A DNA stretch of 64,000 nucleotides from Eledone cirrhosa (Eukaryota): the NCBI GenBank assembly GCA_964016885.1, contig OZ024742.1, forward strand, positions 204,104,001 to 204,168,000, written 5' to 3'. Both the position numbers and the translations under genes were made by a program. Of the stretch, positions 1 through 15,000 are shown in pieces. Within the stretch, counting starts at the first letter, position 1, and every line of letters starts with the position of its first letter. The notes below the pieces were generated by a model. The model did not search any database, was not told the DNA's origin, and saw only the letters and a program-made list of their open reading frames with translations.

Positions 1-3000
1 GTGTAATATACTATATGTAGACAATATCTATGTTACAACTGCTATAACGAGGTGATAGATACTACATGTAGACTATAGCTGTGTTACAACTGTTATAACG
101 GGGTAATGTATACTATATGTAGAATATAGTTTTGTTACAACAGTTATAACGAGCTGATATATACTATATGTAGACTCTAGCTGTGTTACAACTGGTATAA
201 CGAGTTGAAATATACAATATTTCGACTATAGCTGTGTTACGACAGTTATGACGAGTTGTAATATATTATATGTAGACTATAGCTATGTTACAACTGCTAT
301 AACGATGTGATAGATACTATATGTAGACTATAGCTGTGTTACAACAATTATAACGAGGTGATATATACTATATCTATACTATAGCTGTGTTACAACAGTT
401 ATAACGAGGTGATATATACTCTATCTAGACTATAGCTGTGTTACAACAGTTATAATGAGGTGATATATACTATATGTAGGCTATAGGTGTGTTACAATTG
501 TTATAACGAGGTGATATATACTATATGTAGACGATAGCTGTGTTACAACAGTTTCAACGAGGTGATATATACTATATGTAGACTATAGCTGTCTTACAAT
601 AGCTATAACGAGGTGATATATATTATATGCAGAATATAGCTGTGTTACAACAGTTATAACGAGGTGATATATACTATATCTATAATATAGCTATGTTACA
701 ACAGTTATAAGAAGGTGATGTATACTATATGTAGAATATAGCTGTGTTACAACAGTTATAACGAGGTATAATATTCTATATGTAGACTATAGCTGTGTTA
801 CAATAGTTATAACGAGCTGATATATAATATGTAGACTATAGCTGTGTTACAACAGTTATAACGAGGTGTAATATACTATATCTATACAATAGCTGTGTTA
901 CAACTGTTATACCGAGGTGATATATACTATATGTAGACTATAGCTGTGTTACAACAGTTATAATGAGGTGATATATACTATATATATACAATAGCTGTGT
1001 TACAACTGTTATAACGAGGTGTAATATACTATATGTGGACTATAGCTGTGTTACAACAGTTATAAAGAGGGGATATATGCTATATGTAGACTATAGCTAT
1101 GTTACAACAGTTATAACAAGGTGATATATGCTATATGTAGACTATAGCTGTGTTACAATAGTTATAACGAGGTGTAATATACTATATGTAGACTATAGCT
1201 ATGTTTAAACTGCTATAACGATGTGATATATACTATATGTACACTATTTGCTATGTTACAACAGTTATAAAGAGGTGTAATATACTATATGTAGACTATA
1301 GCTGTGTTACAACTGTTATAACGAGGTGATATATACTATATGTAGACTATAGCTATGTTGCAACAGTCATAACGAGGTGATATATACTATATCTATACTA
1401 TAGCTATGTTACAACTGTTATAACGAGGTGACATATACTATATGTAGACTATAGCTATGTTACAACAGTTATAACGAGGTGATATATAATATGTAGACTA
1501 TAGCTATGTTACAACAGTTATAACGAGGTGTAATATACTATATCTATACTATAGCTGTGTTACAACTGTTATAACGAGGTGTAATATACTATATGTAGAC
1601 TATAGCTATGTTACAACTGTTATAACGAGGTGATATATACTATATGTAGACAATAGCTATGTTACAACAGTTATAACGAGGTGTTATATACTATATGTAG
1701 ACTAAAGTTGTGTTACAATAGTTATAACGAGGTTATATATATAATATGTAGACTATAGCTATGTTACAATAGTTATAACGAGGTAATATATACTATATGT
1801 AGACACTAGCTGTGTTACAACAGTTACAACGAGGTGATATATACTATATGTAGACTATAGCTGTGTTACAACAGTTATAATGAGGTATAATATACTATAT
1901 GTAGACTATAGCTGTGTTACAACAATTATAACGAGGTGTAATATACTATATGTAGACTATAGCTATGTTACAACTGATATAACGAGGTTATATATACTAT
2001 ATGTAGAATATAGCTGTGTTACAACAGTTATAACGAGGTGTAATATACTATATGTAGAATTTAGCTGTGTTACAATAGTTATAACGAGGTGATACATAAT
2101 ATGTAGACTATAGCTGTGTTACAACTGTCATAACGAGGTGATATATACTATATGTAGACTATAGCTGTGTTACAACAGTTACAACGAGGTGATATATAAT
2201 ATGTAAATTATAGCTGTGTTACAACCGTTATGACGAGGTGTAATATACTATATGTAGACTATAGCTATATTACAACAGTTATGAAGAGGTGATATATGCT
2301 ATATGTAGACTATAGCTATGTTACAACAGTTATAACAAGGTGAAATAATGCTATATGTAGATTATAGTTGCGTTACAATAGTTATAATGAGGTATAATAT
2401 TCTATATGTAGAATATAGCTATGTTACAACAGTTATAACGAGGTGTAATATAATATATGTAAACTATAGCTATGTTACAATAGTTATAACGAGGTGATAT
2501 ATACTATATGTAGACTATAGCTATGTTACAACAGTTATAACGAGGTGTAATCTACTATATGTAGATTATAGCTGTGTTACAATAGGTATAACGAGTTGAT
2601 ATAAAATATGTAGACTATAGCTGTGTTACAACTGTCATAACGAGGAGATATATACTATATGTAGAATATAGCTATGTTACAACAGTTATAACGAGGTGAT
2701 ATATGCTATATGTAGACTATAGCTGTGTTACAATAGTTATAATGAGGTGATATATACTATATGTAGATTATAGCTGTGTTACAACAGTTATAATGTGGTA
2801 TAATATACTATATGTAGACTATAGTTGTGTTACAATAGTTATAACGAGGTGATATATAATATGTAGTCTATAGCTGTTTTACAACTGTTATAACGAGGTG
2901 ATATATACTATATGTAGACTATAGCTGTGTTACAACAGTTATATGGAGGTTTAATATACTGTATGTAGACTATAGTTGTGTTACAATAGTTATGACGAGG

Positions 3001-6000
3001 TGTAATATACTATATGTAGACAATATCTATGTTACAACTGCTATAACGAGGTGATAGATACTACATGTAGACTATAGCTGTGTTACAACAGTTATAACGG
3101 GGTAATGTATACTATATGTAGAATATAGCTTTGTTACAACAGTTATAACGAGCTGATATATACTATATGTAGACTCTAGCATTGTTACAACTGGTATAAC
3201 GAGTTGAAATATACAATATTTCGACTATAGCTGTGTTACGACAGTTATGACGAGTTGTAATATATTATATGTAGACTATAGCTATGTTACAACTGCTATA
3301 ACGAGGTGATAGATACTATATGTAGACTATAGCTGTGTTACAACAATTATAACGAGGTGATATATACTATATCTATACTATAGCTGTGTTACAACAGTTA
3401 TAATGAGGTGATATATACTATATGTAGGCTATAGGTGTGTTACAATTGTTATAACGAGGTGATATATACTATATGTAGACGATAGCTGTGTTACAACAGT
3501 TTCAACGAGGTGATATATACTATATGTAGACTATAGCTGTCTTACAATAGCTATAACGAGGTGATATATATTATATGTAGAATATAGCTGTGTTACAACA
3601 GTTATAACGAGGTGATATATACTATATCTATAATATAGCTATGTTACAACAGTTATAAGAAGGTGATGTATACTATATGTAGAATATAGCTGTGTTACAA
3701 CAGTTATAACGAGGTATAATATTCTATATGTAGACTATAGCTGTGTTACAATAGTTATAACGAGCTGATATATAATGTGTAGACTATAGCTGTGTTACAA
3801 CAGTTATAACGAGGTGTAATATACTATATCTATACAATAGCTGTGTTACAACTGTTATAACGAGGTGTAATATACTATATGTAGATTATATCTATGTTAC
3901 AACTGTTATAACGAGGTGATATATACTATATGTAGTCTATAGCTGTGTTACAACAATTATAACGAGGTGATATATACTATATCTATACTATAGCTGTGTT
4001 ACAACAGTTATAACGAGGTGATATATACTCTATGTAGACTATAGCTGTGTTACAACAGTTATAATGAGGTGATATATACTATATGTAGGCTATAGGTGTG
4101 TTACAACTGATATAACGAGGTGTAATATACTATATGTAGACTATAGCTATGTTACAACAGTTATAAAGAGGGGATATATGCTATATGTAGACTATAGCTA
4201 TGTTACAACAGTTATAACAAGGTGATATATGCTATATGTAGACTATAGCTGTGTTACAATAGTTATAACGAGGGGTAATATACTATATGTAGACTATAGC
4301 TATGTTTAAACTGCTATAACGATGTGATATATACTATATGTACACTATTTGCTATGTTACAACAGTTATAAAGAGGTGTAATATACTATATGTAGACTAT
4401 AGCTGTGTTACAACTGTTATAACGAGGTGATATATACTATATGTAGACTATAGCTGTGTTACAACTGTCATAACGAGGTTATATATACTATATCTATACT
4501 ATAGCTATGTTACAACTGTTATAACGAGGTGACATATACTATATGTAGACTATAGCTATGTTACAATAGCTATAACGAGGTGATATATAATATGTAGACT
4601 ATAGCTGTGTTACAATAGTTATAACGAGATTATATATACTATATGTAGACTATAGCTCTGTTACAACTGCTATAACGAGGTGATATATACTATATATAGA
4701 CTATAGCTATGTTACAACAGTTATAATGAGGTGATATATAATATGTAGACTATAGCTATGTTACAACAGTTATAACGAGGGGTAATATACTATATCTATA
4801 CTATAGCTGTGTTACAACTGTTATAACGAGGTGTAATATACTATATGTAGACTATAGCTATGTTACAACTGTTATAACGAGGTGATATATACTATATGTA
4901 GACATTAGCTATGTTACAACAGTTATAACGAGGTGTTTTATACTATATGTAGACTAAAGTTGTGTTACAATAGTTATAACGAGGTGATATATATAATATG
5001 TAGACTATAGCTATGTTACAATAGTTATAACGAGGTAATATATACTATATGTAGACTCTAGCTGTGTTACAACAGTTACAACGAGGTGAAATATACTATA
5101 TGTAGACTATAGCTGTGTTACAACAGTTATAATGAGGTATAATATACTATATGTAGATTATAGCTGTGTTACAACAATTATAACGAGGTGTAATATACTA
5201 TATGTAGACTATAGCTATGTTACAACTGATATAACGAGGTGATATATACTATATGTAGAATATAGCTGTGTTACAACAGTTATAACGAGGTGTAATATAC
5301 TATATGTAGAATTTAGCTGTGTTACAATAGTTATAACGAGGTGATACATAATATGTAGACTATAGCTGTGTTACAACTGTCATAACGAGGTGATATATAC
5401 TATATGTAGACTATAGCTGTGTTACAATAGTTATAATGAAGTGATATATACTATATGTAGACTATAGCTATGTTACAACAGTTATAACGAGGTGTAATAT
5501 ACTATATCTATACAATAGCTGTGTTACAACTGTTATAACGAGGTGTAATATACTATATGTAGATTATATCTATGTTACAACTGTTATAACGAGGTGATAT
5601 ATACTATATGTAGTCTATAGCTGTGTTACAACAATTATAACGAGGTGATATATACTATATCTATACTATAGCTGTGTTACAACAGTTATAACGGGGTGAT
5701 ATATACTCTATGTAGACTATAGCTGTGTTACAACAGTTATAATGAGGTGATATATACTATATGTAGACTATAGCTGTCTTATAATAGCTATAACGAGGTG
5801 ATATATACTATATGTAGGCTATAGGTGTGTTACAACTGTTATAATGAGGTGATATATACTATATCTATACAATAGCTGTGTTACAACTGTTATAACGAGG
5901 TGTAATATACTATATGTAGACTATAGCTATGTTACAACAGTTATAAAGAGGGGATATATGCTATATGTAGACTATAGCTATGTTACAACAGTTATAACAA

Positions 6001-9000
6001 GGTGATATATGCTATATGTAGACTATAGATGTGTTACAATAGTTATAACGAGGTGTAATATACTATATGTAGACTATAGCTATGTTTAAACTGCTATAAC
6101 GATGTGATATATACTATATGTACACTATTTGCTATGTTACAACAGTTATAAAGAGGTGTAATATACTATATGTAGACTATAGCTGTGTTACAACTGTTAT
6201 AAGGAGGTGATATATACTATATGTAGACTATAGCTATGTTGCAACAGTCATAACGAGGTGATATATAATATGTAGACTATAGCTGTGTTACAACTGTTAT
6301 AACGAGGTGATATATACTATATGTAGACTATAGCTGTGTTACAACTGTCATAACGAGGTGATATATACTATATCTATACTATAGCTATGTTACAACTGTT
6401 ATAACGAGCTGACATATGCTATATGTAGACTATAGCTATGTTACAATAGCTATAACGAGGTGATATATAATATGTAGACTATAGCTGTGTTACAATAGTT
6501 ATAACGAGATTATATATACTATATGTAGACTATAGCTCTGTTACAACTGCTATAACGAGGTGATATATACTATATATAGACTATAGCTATGTTACAACAG
6601 TTATAACGAGGTGATATATAATATGTAGACTATAGCTATGTTACAACAGTTATAACGAGGTGTAATATACTATATCTATACTATAGCTGTGTTACAACTG
6701 TTATAACGAGGTGTAATATACTATATGTAGACTATAGCTATGTTACAACTGTTATAACGAGGTGATATATACTATATGTAGACTATAGCTATGTTACAAC
6801 AGTTATAACGAGGTGTTATATACTATATGTAGACTAAAGTTGTGTTACAATAGTTATAACGAGGTGATATATACAATATGTAGACTATAGCTATGTTACA
6901 ATAGTTATAACGAGGTAATATATACTATATGTAGACTCTAGCTGTGTTACAACAGTTACAACGAGGTGATATATACTATATGTAGACTATAGCTGTGTTA
7001 CAACAGTTATAATGAGGTATAATATACTATATGTAGACTATAGCTGTGTTACAACAATTATAACGAGGTGTAATATACTTTATGTAGACTATAGCTATGT
7101 TACAACTGATATAACGAGGTGATATATACTATATGTAGAATATAGCTGTGTTACAACAGTTATAACGAGGTGTAATATACTATATGTAGAATTTAGCTGT
7201 GTTACAATAGTTATAACGAGGTGATACATAATATGTAGACTATAGCTGTGTTACAACTGTCATAACGAGGTGATATATACTATATGTAGACTATAGCTAT
7301 ATTACAACAGTTATGAAGAGGTGATATATGCTATATGTAGACTATAGCTATGTTACAACAGTTATAACAAGGTGAAATAATGCTATATGTAGATTATAGT
7401 TGCGTTACAATAGTTATAATGAGGTATAATATTCTATATGTAGAATATAGCTATGTTACAACAGTTATAACGAGGTGTAATATAATATATGTAAACTATA
7501 GCTATGTTACAATAGTTATAACGAGGTGATATATACTATATGTAGACTATAGCTATGTTACAACAGTTATAACGAGGTGTAATCTACTATATGTAGATTA
7601 TAGCTGTGTTACAATAGGTATAACGAGTTGATATAAAATATGTAGACTATAGCTGTGTTACAACTGTCATAACGAGGAGATATATACTATATGTAGAATA
7701 TAGCTATGTTACAACAGTTATAACGAGGTGATATATGCTATAGGTAGACTATAGCTGTGTTACAATAGTTATAATGAGGTGATATATACTATATGTAGAC
7801 TATAGCTGTGTTACAACAGTTATAATGTGGTATAATATACTATATGTAGACTATAGTTGTGTTACAATAGTTATAACTAGGTGATATATAATATGTAGTC
7901 TATAGCTGTTTTACAACTGTTATAACGAGGTGATATATACTATATGTAGACTATAGCTGTGTTACAACAGTTATATGGAGGTTTAATATACTGTATGTAG
8001 ACTATAGTTGTGTTACAATAGTTATGACTAGGTGTAATATACTATATGTAGACAATATCTATGTTACAACTGCTATAACGAGGTGATAGATACTACATGT
8101 AGACTATAGCTGTGTTACAACAGTTATAACGGGGTAATGTATACTATATGTAGAATATAGCTTTGTTACAACAGTTATAACGAGCTGATATATACTATAT
8201 GTAGACTCTAGCTGTGTTACAACTGGTATAACGAGTTGAAATATACAATATTTCGACTATAGCTGTGTTACGACAGTTATGACGAGTTGTAATATATTAT
8301 ATGTAGACTATAGCTATGTTACAACTGCTATAACGAGGTGATAGATACTATATGTAGACTATAGCTGTGCTACAACAATTATAACGAGGTGATATATACT
8401 ATATCTATACTATAGCTGTGTTACAACAGTTATAACGAGGTGTTATATACTCTATCTAGACTATAGCTGTGTTACAACAGTTATAATGAGGTGATATATA
8501 CTATATGTAGGCTATAGGTGTGTTACAATTGTTATAACGAGGTGATATATACTATATGTAGACGATAGCTGTGTTACAACAGTTTCAACGAGGTGATATA
8601 TACTATATGTAGACTATAGCTGTCTTACAATAGCTATAACGAGGTGATATATATTATATGTAGAATATAGCTGTGTTACAACAGTTATAACGAGGTGATA
8701 TATACTATATCTATAATATAGCTATGTTACAACAGTTATAAGAAGGTGATGTATACTATATGCAGAATATAGCTGTGTTACAACAGTTATAACGAGGTAT
8801 AATATTCTATATGTAGACTATAGCTGTGTTACAATAGTTATAACGAGCTGATATATAATATGTAGACTATAGCTGTGTTACAACAGTTATAACGAGGTGT
8901 AATATACTATATCTATACAATAGCTGTGTTACAACTGTTATAACGAGGTGTAATATACTATATGTAGATTATATCTATGTTACAACTGTTATAACGAGGT

Positions 9001-12000
9001 GATATATACTATATGTAGTCTATAGCTGTGTTACAACAATTATAACGAGGTGATATATACTATATCTATACTATAGCTGTGTTACAACAGTTATAACGAG
9101 GTGATATATACTCTATGTAGACTATAGCTGTGTTACAACAGTTATAATGAGGTGATATATACTATATGTAGGCTATAGGTGTGTTACAATTGTTATAACG
9201 AGGTGATATATACTATATGTAGACGATAGCTGTGTTACAACAGTTTCAACGAGGTGATATATACTATATGTAGACTATAGCTGTCTTACAATAGCTATAA
9301 CGAGGTGATATATACTATATGTAGGCTATAGGTGTGTTACAACTGTTATAACGAGGTGTAATATACTATATGTAGACTATAGCTATGTTACAACAGTTAT
9401 AAAGAGGGGATATATGCTATATGTAGACTATAGCTATGTTACAACAGTTATAACAAGGTGATATATGCTATATGTAGACTATAGCTGTGTTACAATAGTT
9501 ATAACGAGGTGTAATATACTATATGTAGACTATAGCTATGTTTAAACTGCTATAACGATGTGATATATACTATATGTACACTATTTGCTATGTTACAACA
9601 GTTATAAAGAGGTGTAATATACTATATGTAGACTATAGCTGTGTTACAACTGTTATAACGAGGTGATATATACTATATGTAGACTATAGCTATGTTTCAA
9701 CAGTCATAACGAGGTGATATATAATATATAGACTATAGCTGTGTTACAACAGTTATAACGAGGTGTAATATACTATATGTAGACTATAGCTATGTTACAA
9801 CTATTATAACGAGGTGATATATACTATATGTAGACTATAGCTGTGTTACAACTGTCATAACGAGGTGATATATACTATATCTATACTATAGCTATGTTAC
9901 AACTGTTATAACGAGGTGACATATACTATATGTAGACTATAGCTATGCTACAATAGCTATAACGAGGTGATATATAATATGTAGACTATAGCTGTGTTAC
10001 AATAGTTATAACGAGATTATATATACTATATGTAGACTATAGCTCTGTTACAACAGTTATAATGAGGTGATATATAATATGTAGACTATAGCTATGTTAC
10101 AACAGTTATAACGAGGTGTAATATACTATATCTATACTATAGCTGTGTTACAACTGTTATACCGAGGTGTAATATACTATATGTAGACTATAGCTATGTT
10201 ACAACTGTTATAACGAGGTGATATATACTATATGTAGACAATAGCTATGTTACAACAGTTATAACGAGGTGTTTTATACTGTATGTAGACTAAAGTTGTG
10301 TTACAATAGTTATAACGAGGTGATATATATAATATGTAGACTATAGCTATGTTACAATAGTTATAACGAGGTAATATATACTATATGTAGACTCTAGCTG
10401 TGTTACAACAGTTACAACGAGGTGATATATACTATATGTAGACTATAGCTGTGTTAAAACAGTTATAATGAGGTATAATATACTATATGTAGACTATAGC
10501 TGTGTTACAACAATTATAACGAGGTGTAATATACTATATGTAGACTATAGCTATGTTACAACTGATATAACGAGGTGATATATACTATATGTAGAATATA
10601 GCTGTGTTACAACAGTTATAACGAGGTGTAATATACTATATGTAGAATTTAGCTGTGTTACAATAGTTATAACGAGGTGATACATAATATGTAGACTATA
10701 GCTGTGTTACAACTGTCATAACGAGGTGATATATACTATATGTAGACTATAGCTGTGTTACAATAGTTATAATGAAGTGATATATACTATATGTAGACTA
10801 TAGCTATGTTACAACAGTTATAACGAGGTGATATATACTATATGTAGACTATAGCTATGTTACAACTGTTCTAACGAGGTGTAATATACTATATGTAGAA
10901 TATAGCTGTGTTACAACTGTCATAACGAGGTGATATATACTATATGTAGACTATAGCTATGTTACAATTGTTATAACGAGGTGTAATATACTATATGTAG
11001 AATATAGCTATGTTACAATAGTTATAACGAGATTATATATACTATATGTAGACTATAGCTGTGTTACAATATTTATAACGAGGTGATATATACTATATGT
11101 AGACAATAGCTATGTTACAACAGTTATAACGAGGTGATATATACTATATGTAGACTATAGCTATGTTACAATAGTCATAACGAGGTGATATATACTATAT
11201 GTAGACTATAGCTGTGTTACAACAGTTATAACGAGGTGATATATACTATATGTAGACTATAGCTATGTTACAACTGTTATAACGAGGTGTAATATACTAT
11301 ATGTAGACTATAGCTGTGTTACAACAGTTATAACGAGGTGATATATACTATATGTAGACAATAGCTATGTTACAACAGTTATTACGAGGTAATATATACT
11401 ATATGTAGACTATAGCTGTGTTACAACAGTTATAATGAGGTGATATATACTATATGTAGACTATAGCTATGTTACAACAGTTATAACGAGGTGATATATA
11501 CTATATGTAGACTATAGCTATGTTACAACTGTTATAACGAGGTGTAATATACTATATGTAGAATATAGCTGTGTTACAACTGTCATAACGAGGTGATATA
11601 TACTATATATAGACTATAGCTATGTTACAACAGTTATAATGAGGTGATATATAATATGTAGACTATAGCTATGTTACAACAGTTATAACGAGGGGTAATA
11701 TACTATATCTATACTATAGCTGTGTTACAACTGTTATAACGAGGTGTAATATACTATATGTAGACTATAGCTATGTTACAACTGTTATAACGAGGTGATA
11801 TATACTATATGTAGACATTAGCTATGTTACAACAGTTATAACGAGGTGTTTTATACTATATGTAGACTAAAGTTGTGTTACAATAGTTATAACGAGGTGA
11901 TATATATAATATGTAGACTATAGCTATGTTACAATAGTTATAACGAGGTAATATATACTATATGTAGACTCTAGCTGTGTTACAACAGTTACAACGAGGT

Positions 12001-15000
12001 GAAATATACTATATGTAGACTATAGCTGTGTTACAACAGTTATAATGAGGTATAATATACTATATGTAGATTATAGCTGTGTTACAACAATTATAACGAG
12101 GTGTAATATACTATATGTAGACTATAGCTATGTTACAACTGATATAACGAGGTGATATATACTATATGTAGAATATAGCTGTGTTACAACAGTTATAACG
12201 AGGTGTAATATACTATATGTAGAATTTAGCTGTGTTACAATAGTTATAACGAGGTGATACATAATATGTAGACTATAGCTGTGTTACAACTGTCATAACG
12301 AGGTGATATATACTATATGTAGACTATAGCTGTGTTACAATAGTTATAATGAAGTGATATATACTATATGTAGACTATAGCTATGTTACAACAGTTATAA
12401 CGAGGTGTAATATACTATATCTATACAATAGCTGTGTTACAACTGTTATAACGAGGTGTAATATACTATATGTAGATTATATCTATGTTACAACTGTTAT
12501 AACGAGGTGATATATACTATATGTAGTCTATAGCTGTGTTACAACAATTATAACGAGGTGATATATACTATATCTATACTATAGCTGTGTTACAACAGTT
12601 ATAACGGGGTGATATATACTCTATGTAGACTATAGCTGTGTTACAACAGTTATAATGAGGTGATATATACTATATGTAGACTATAGCTGTCTTATAATAG
12701 CTATAACGAGGTGATATATACTATATGTAGGCTATAGGTGTGTTACAACTGTTATAATGAGGTGATATATACTATATCTATACAATAGCTGTGTTACAAC
12801 TGTTATAACGAGGTGTAATATACTATATGTAGACTATAGCTATGTTACAACAGTTATAAAGAGGGGATATATGCTATATGTAGACTATAGCTATGTTACA
12901 ACAGTTATAACAAGGTGATATATGCTATATGTAGACTATAGATGTGTTACAATAGTTATAACGAGGTGTAATATACTATATGTAGACTATAGCTATGTTT
13001 AAACTGCTATAACGATGTGATATATACTATATGTACACTATTTGCTATGTTACAACAGTTATAAAGAGGTGTAATATACTATATGTAGACTATAGCTGTG
13101 TTACAACTGTTATAAGGAGGTGATATATACTATATGTAGACTATAGCTATGTTGCAACAGTCATAACGAGGTGATATATAATATGTAGACTATAGCTGTG
13201 TTACAACTGTTATAACGAGGTGATATATACTATATGTAGACTATAGCTGTGTTACAACTGTCATAACGAGGTGATATATACTATATCTATACTATAGCTA
13301 TGTTACAACTGTTATAACGAGCTGACATATGCTATATGTAGACTATAGCTATGTTACAATAGCTATAACGAGGTGATATATAATATGTAGACTATAGCTG
13401 TGTTACAATAGTTATAACGAGATTATATATACTATATGTAGACTATAGCTCTGTTACAACTGCTATAACGAGGTGATATATACTATATATAGACTATAGC
13501 TATGTTACAACAGTTATAACGAGGTGATATATAATATGTAGACTATAGCTATGTTACAACAGTTATAACGAGGTGTAATATACTATATCTATACTATAGC
13601 TGTGTTACAACTGTTATAACGAGGTGTAATATACTATATGTAGACTATAGCTATGTTACAACTGTTATAACGAGGTGATATATACTATATGTAGACTATA
13701 GCTATGTTACAACAGTTATAACGAGGTGTTATATACTATATGTAGACTAAAGTTGTGTTACAATAGTTATAACGAGGTGATATATACAATATGTAGACTA
13801 TAGCTATGTTACAATAGTTATAACGAGGTAATATATACTATATGTAGACTCTAGCTGTGTTACAACAGTTACAACGAGGTGATATATACTATATGTAGAC
13901 TATAGCTGTGTTACAACAGTTATAATGAGGTATAATATACTATATGTAGACTATAGCTGTGTTACAACAATTATAACGAGGTGTAATATACTTTATGTAG
14001 ACTATAGCTATGTTACAACTGATATAACGAGGTGATATATACTATATGTAGAATATAGCTGTGTTACAACAGTTATAACGAGGTGTAATATACTATATGT
14101 AGAATTTAGCTGTGTTACAATAGTTATAACGAGGTGATACATAATATGTAGACTATAGCTGTGTTACAACTGTCATAACGAGGTGATATATACTATATGT
14201 AGACTATAGCTATATTACAACAGTTATGAAGAGGTGATATATGCTATATGTAGACTATAGCTATGTTACAACAGTTATAACAAGGTGAAATAATGCTATA
14301 TGTAGATTATAGTTGCGTTACAATAGTTATAATGAGGTATAATATTCTATATGTAGAATATAGCTATGTTACAACAGTTATAACGAGGTGTAATATAATA
14401 TATGTAAACTATAGCTATGTTACAATAGTTATAACGAGGTGATATATACTATATGTAGACTATAGCTATGTTACAACAGTTATAACGAGGTGTAATCTAC
14501 TATATGTAGATTATAGCTGTGTTACAATAGGTATAACGAGTTGATATAAAATATGTAGACTATAGCTGTGTTACAACTGTCATAACGAGGAGATATATAC
14601 TATATGTAGAATATAGCTATGTTACAACAGTTATAACGAGGTGATATATGCTATAGGTAGACTATAGCTGTGTTACAATAGTTATAATGAGGTGATATAT
14701 ACTATATGTAGACTATAGCTGTGTTACAACAGTTATAATGTGGTATAATATACTATATGTAGACTATAGTTGTGTTACAATAGTTATAACTAGGTGATAT
14801 ATAATATGTAGTCTATAGCTGTTTTACAACTGTTATAACGAGGTGATATATACTATATGTAGACTATAGCTGTGTTACAACAGTTATATGGAGGTTTAAT
14901 ATACTGTATGTAGACTATAGTTGTGTTACAATAGTTATGACTAGGTGTAATATACTATATGTAGACAATATCTATGTTACAACTGCTATAACGAGGTGAT

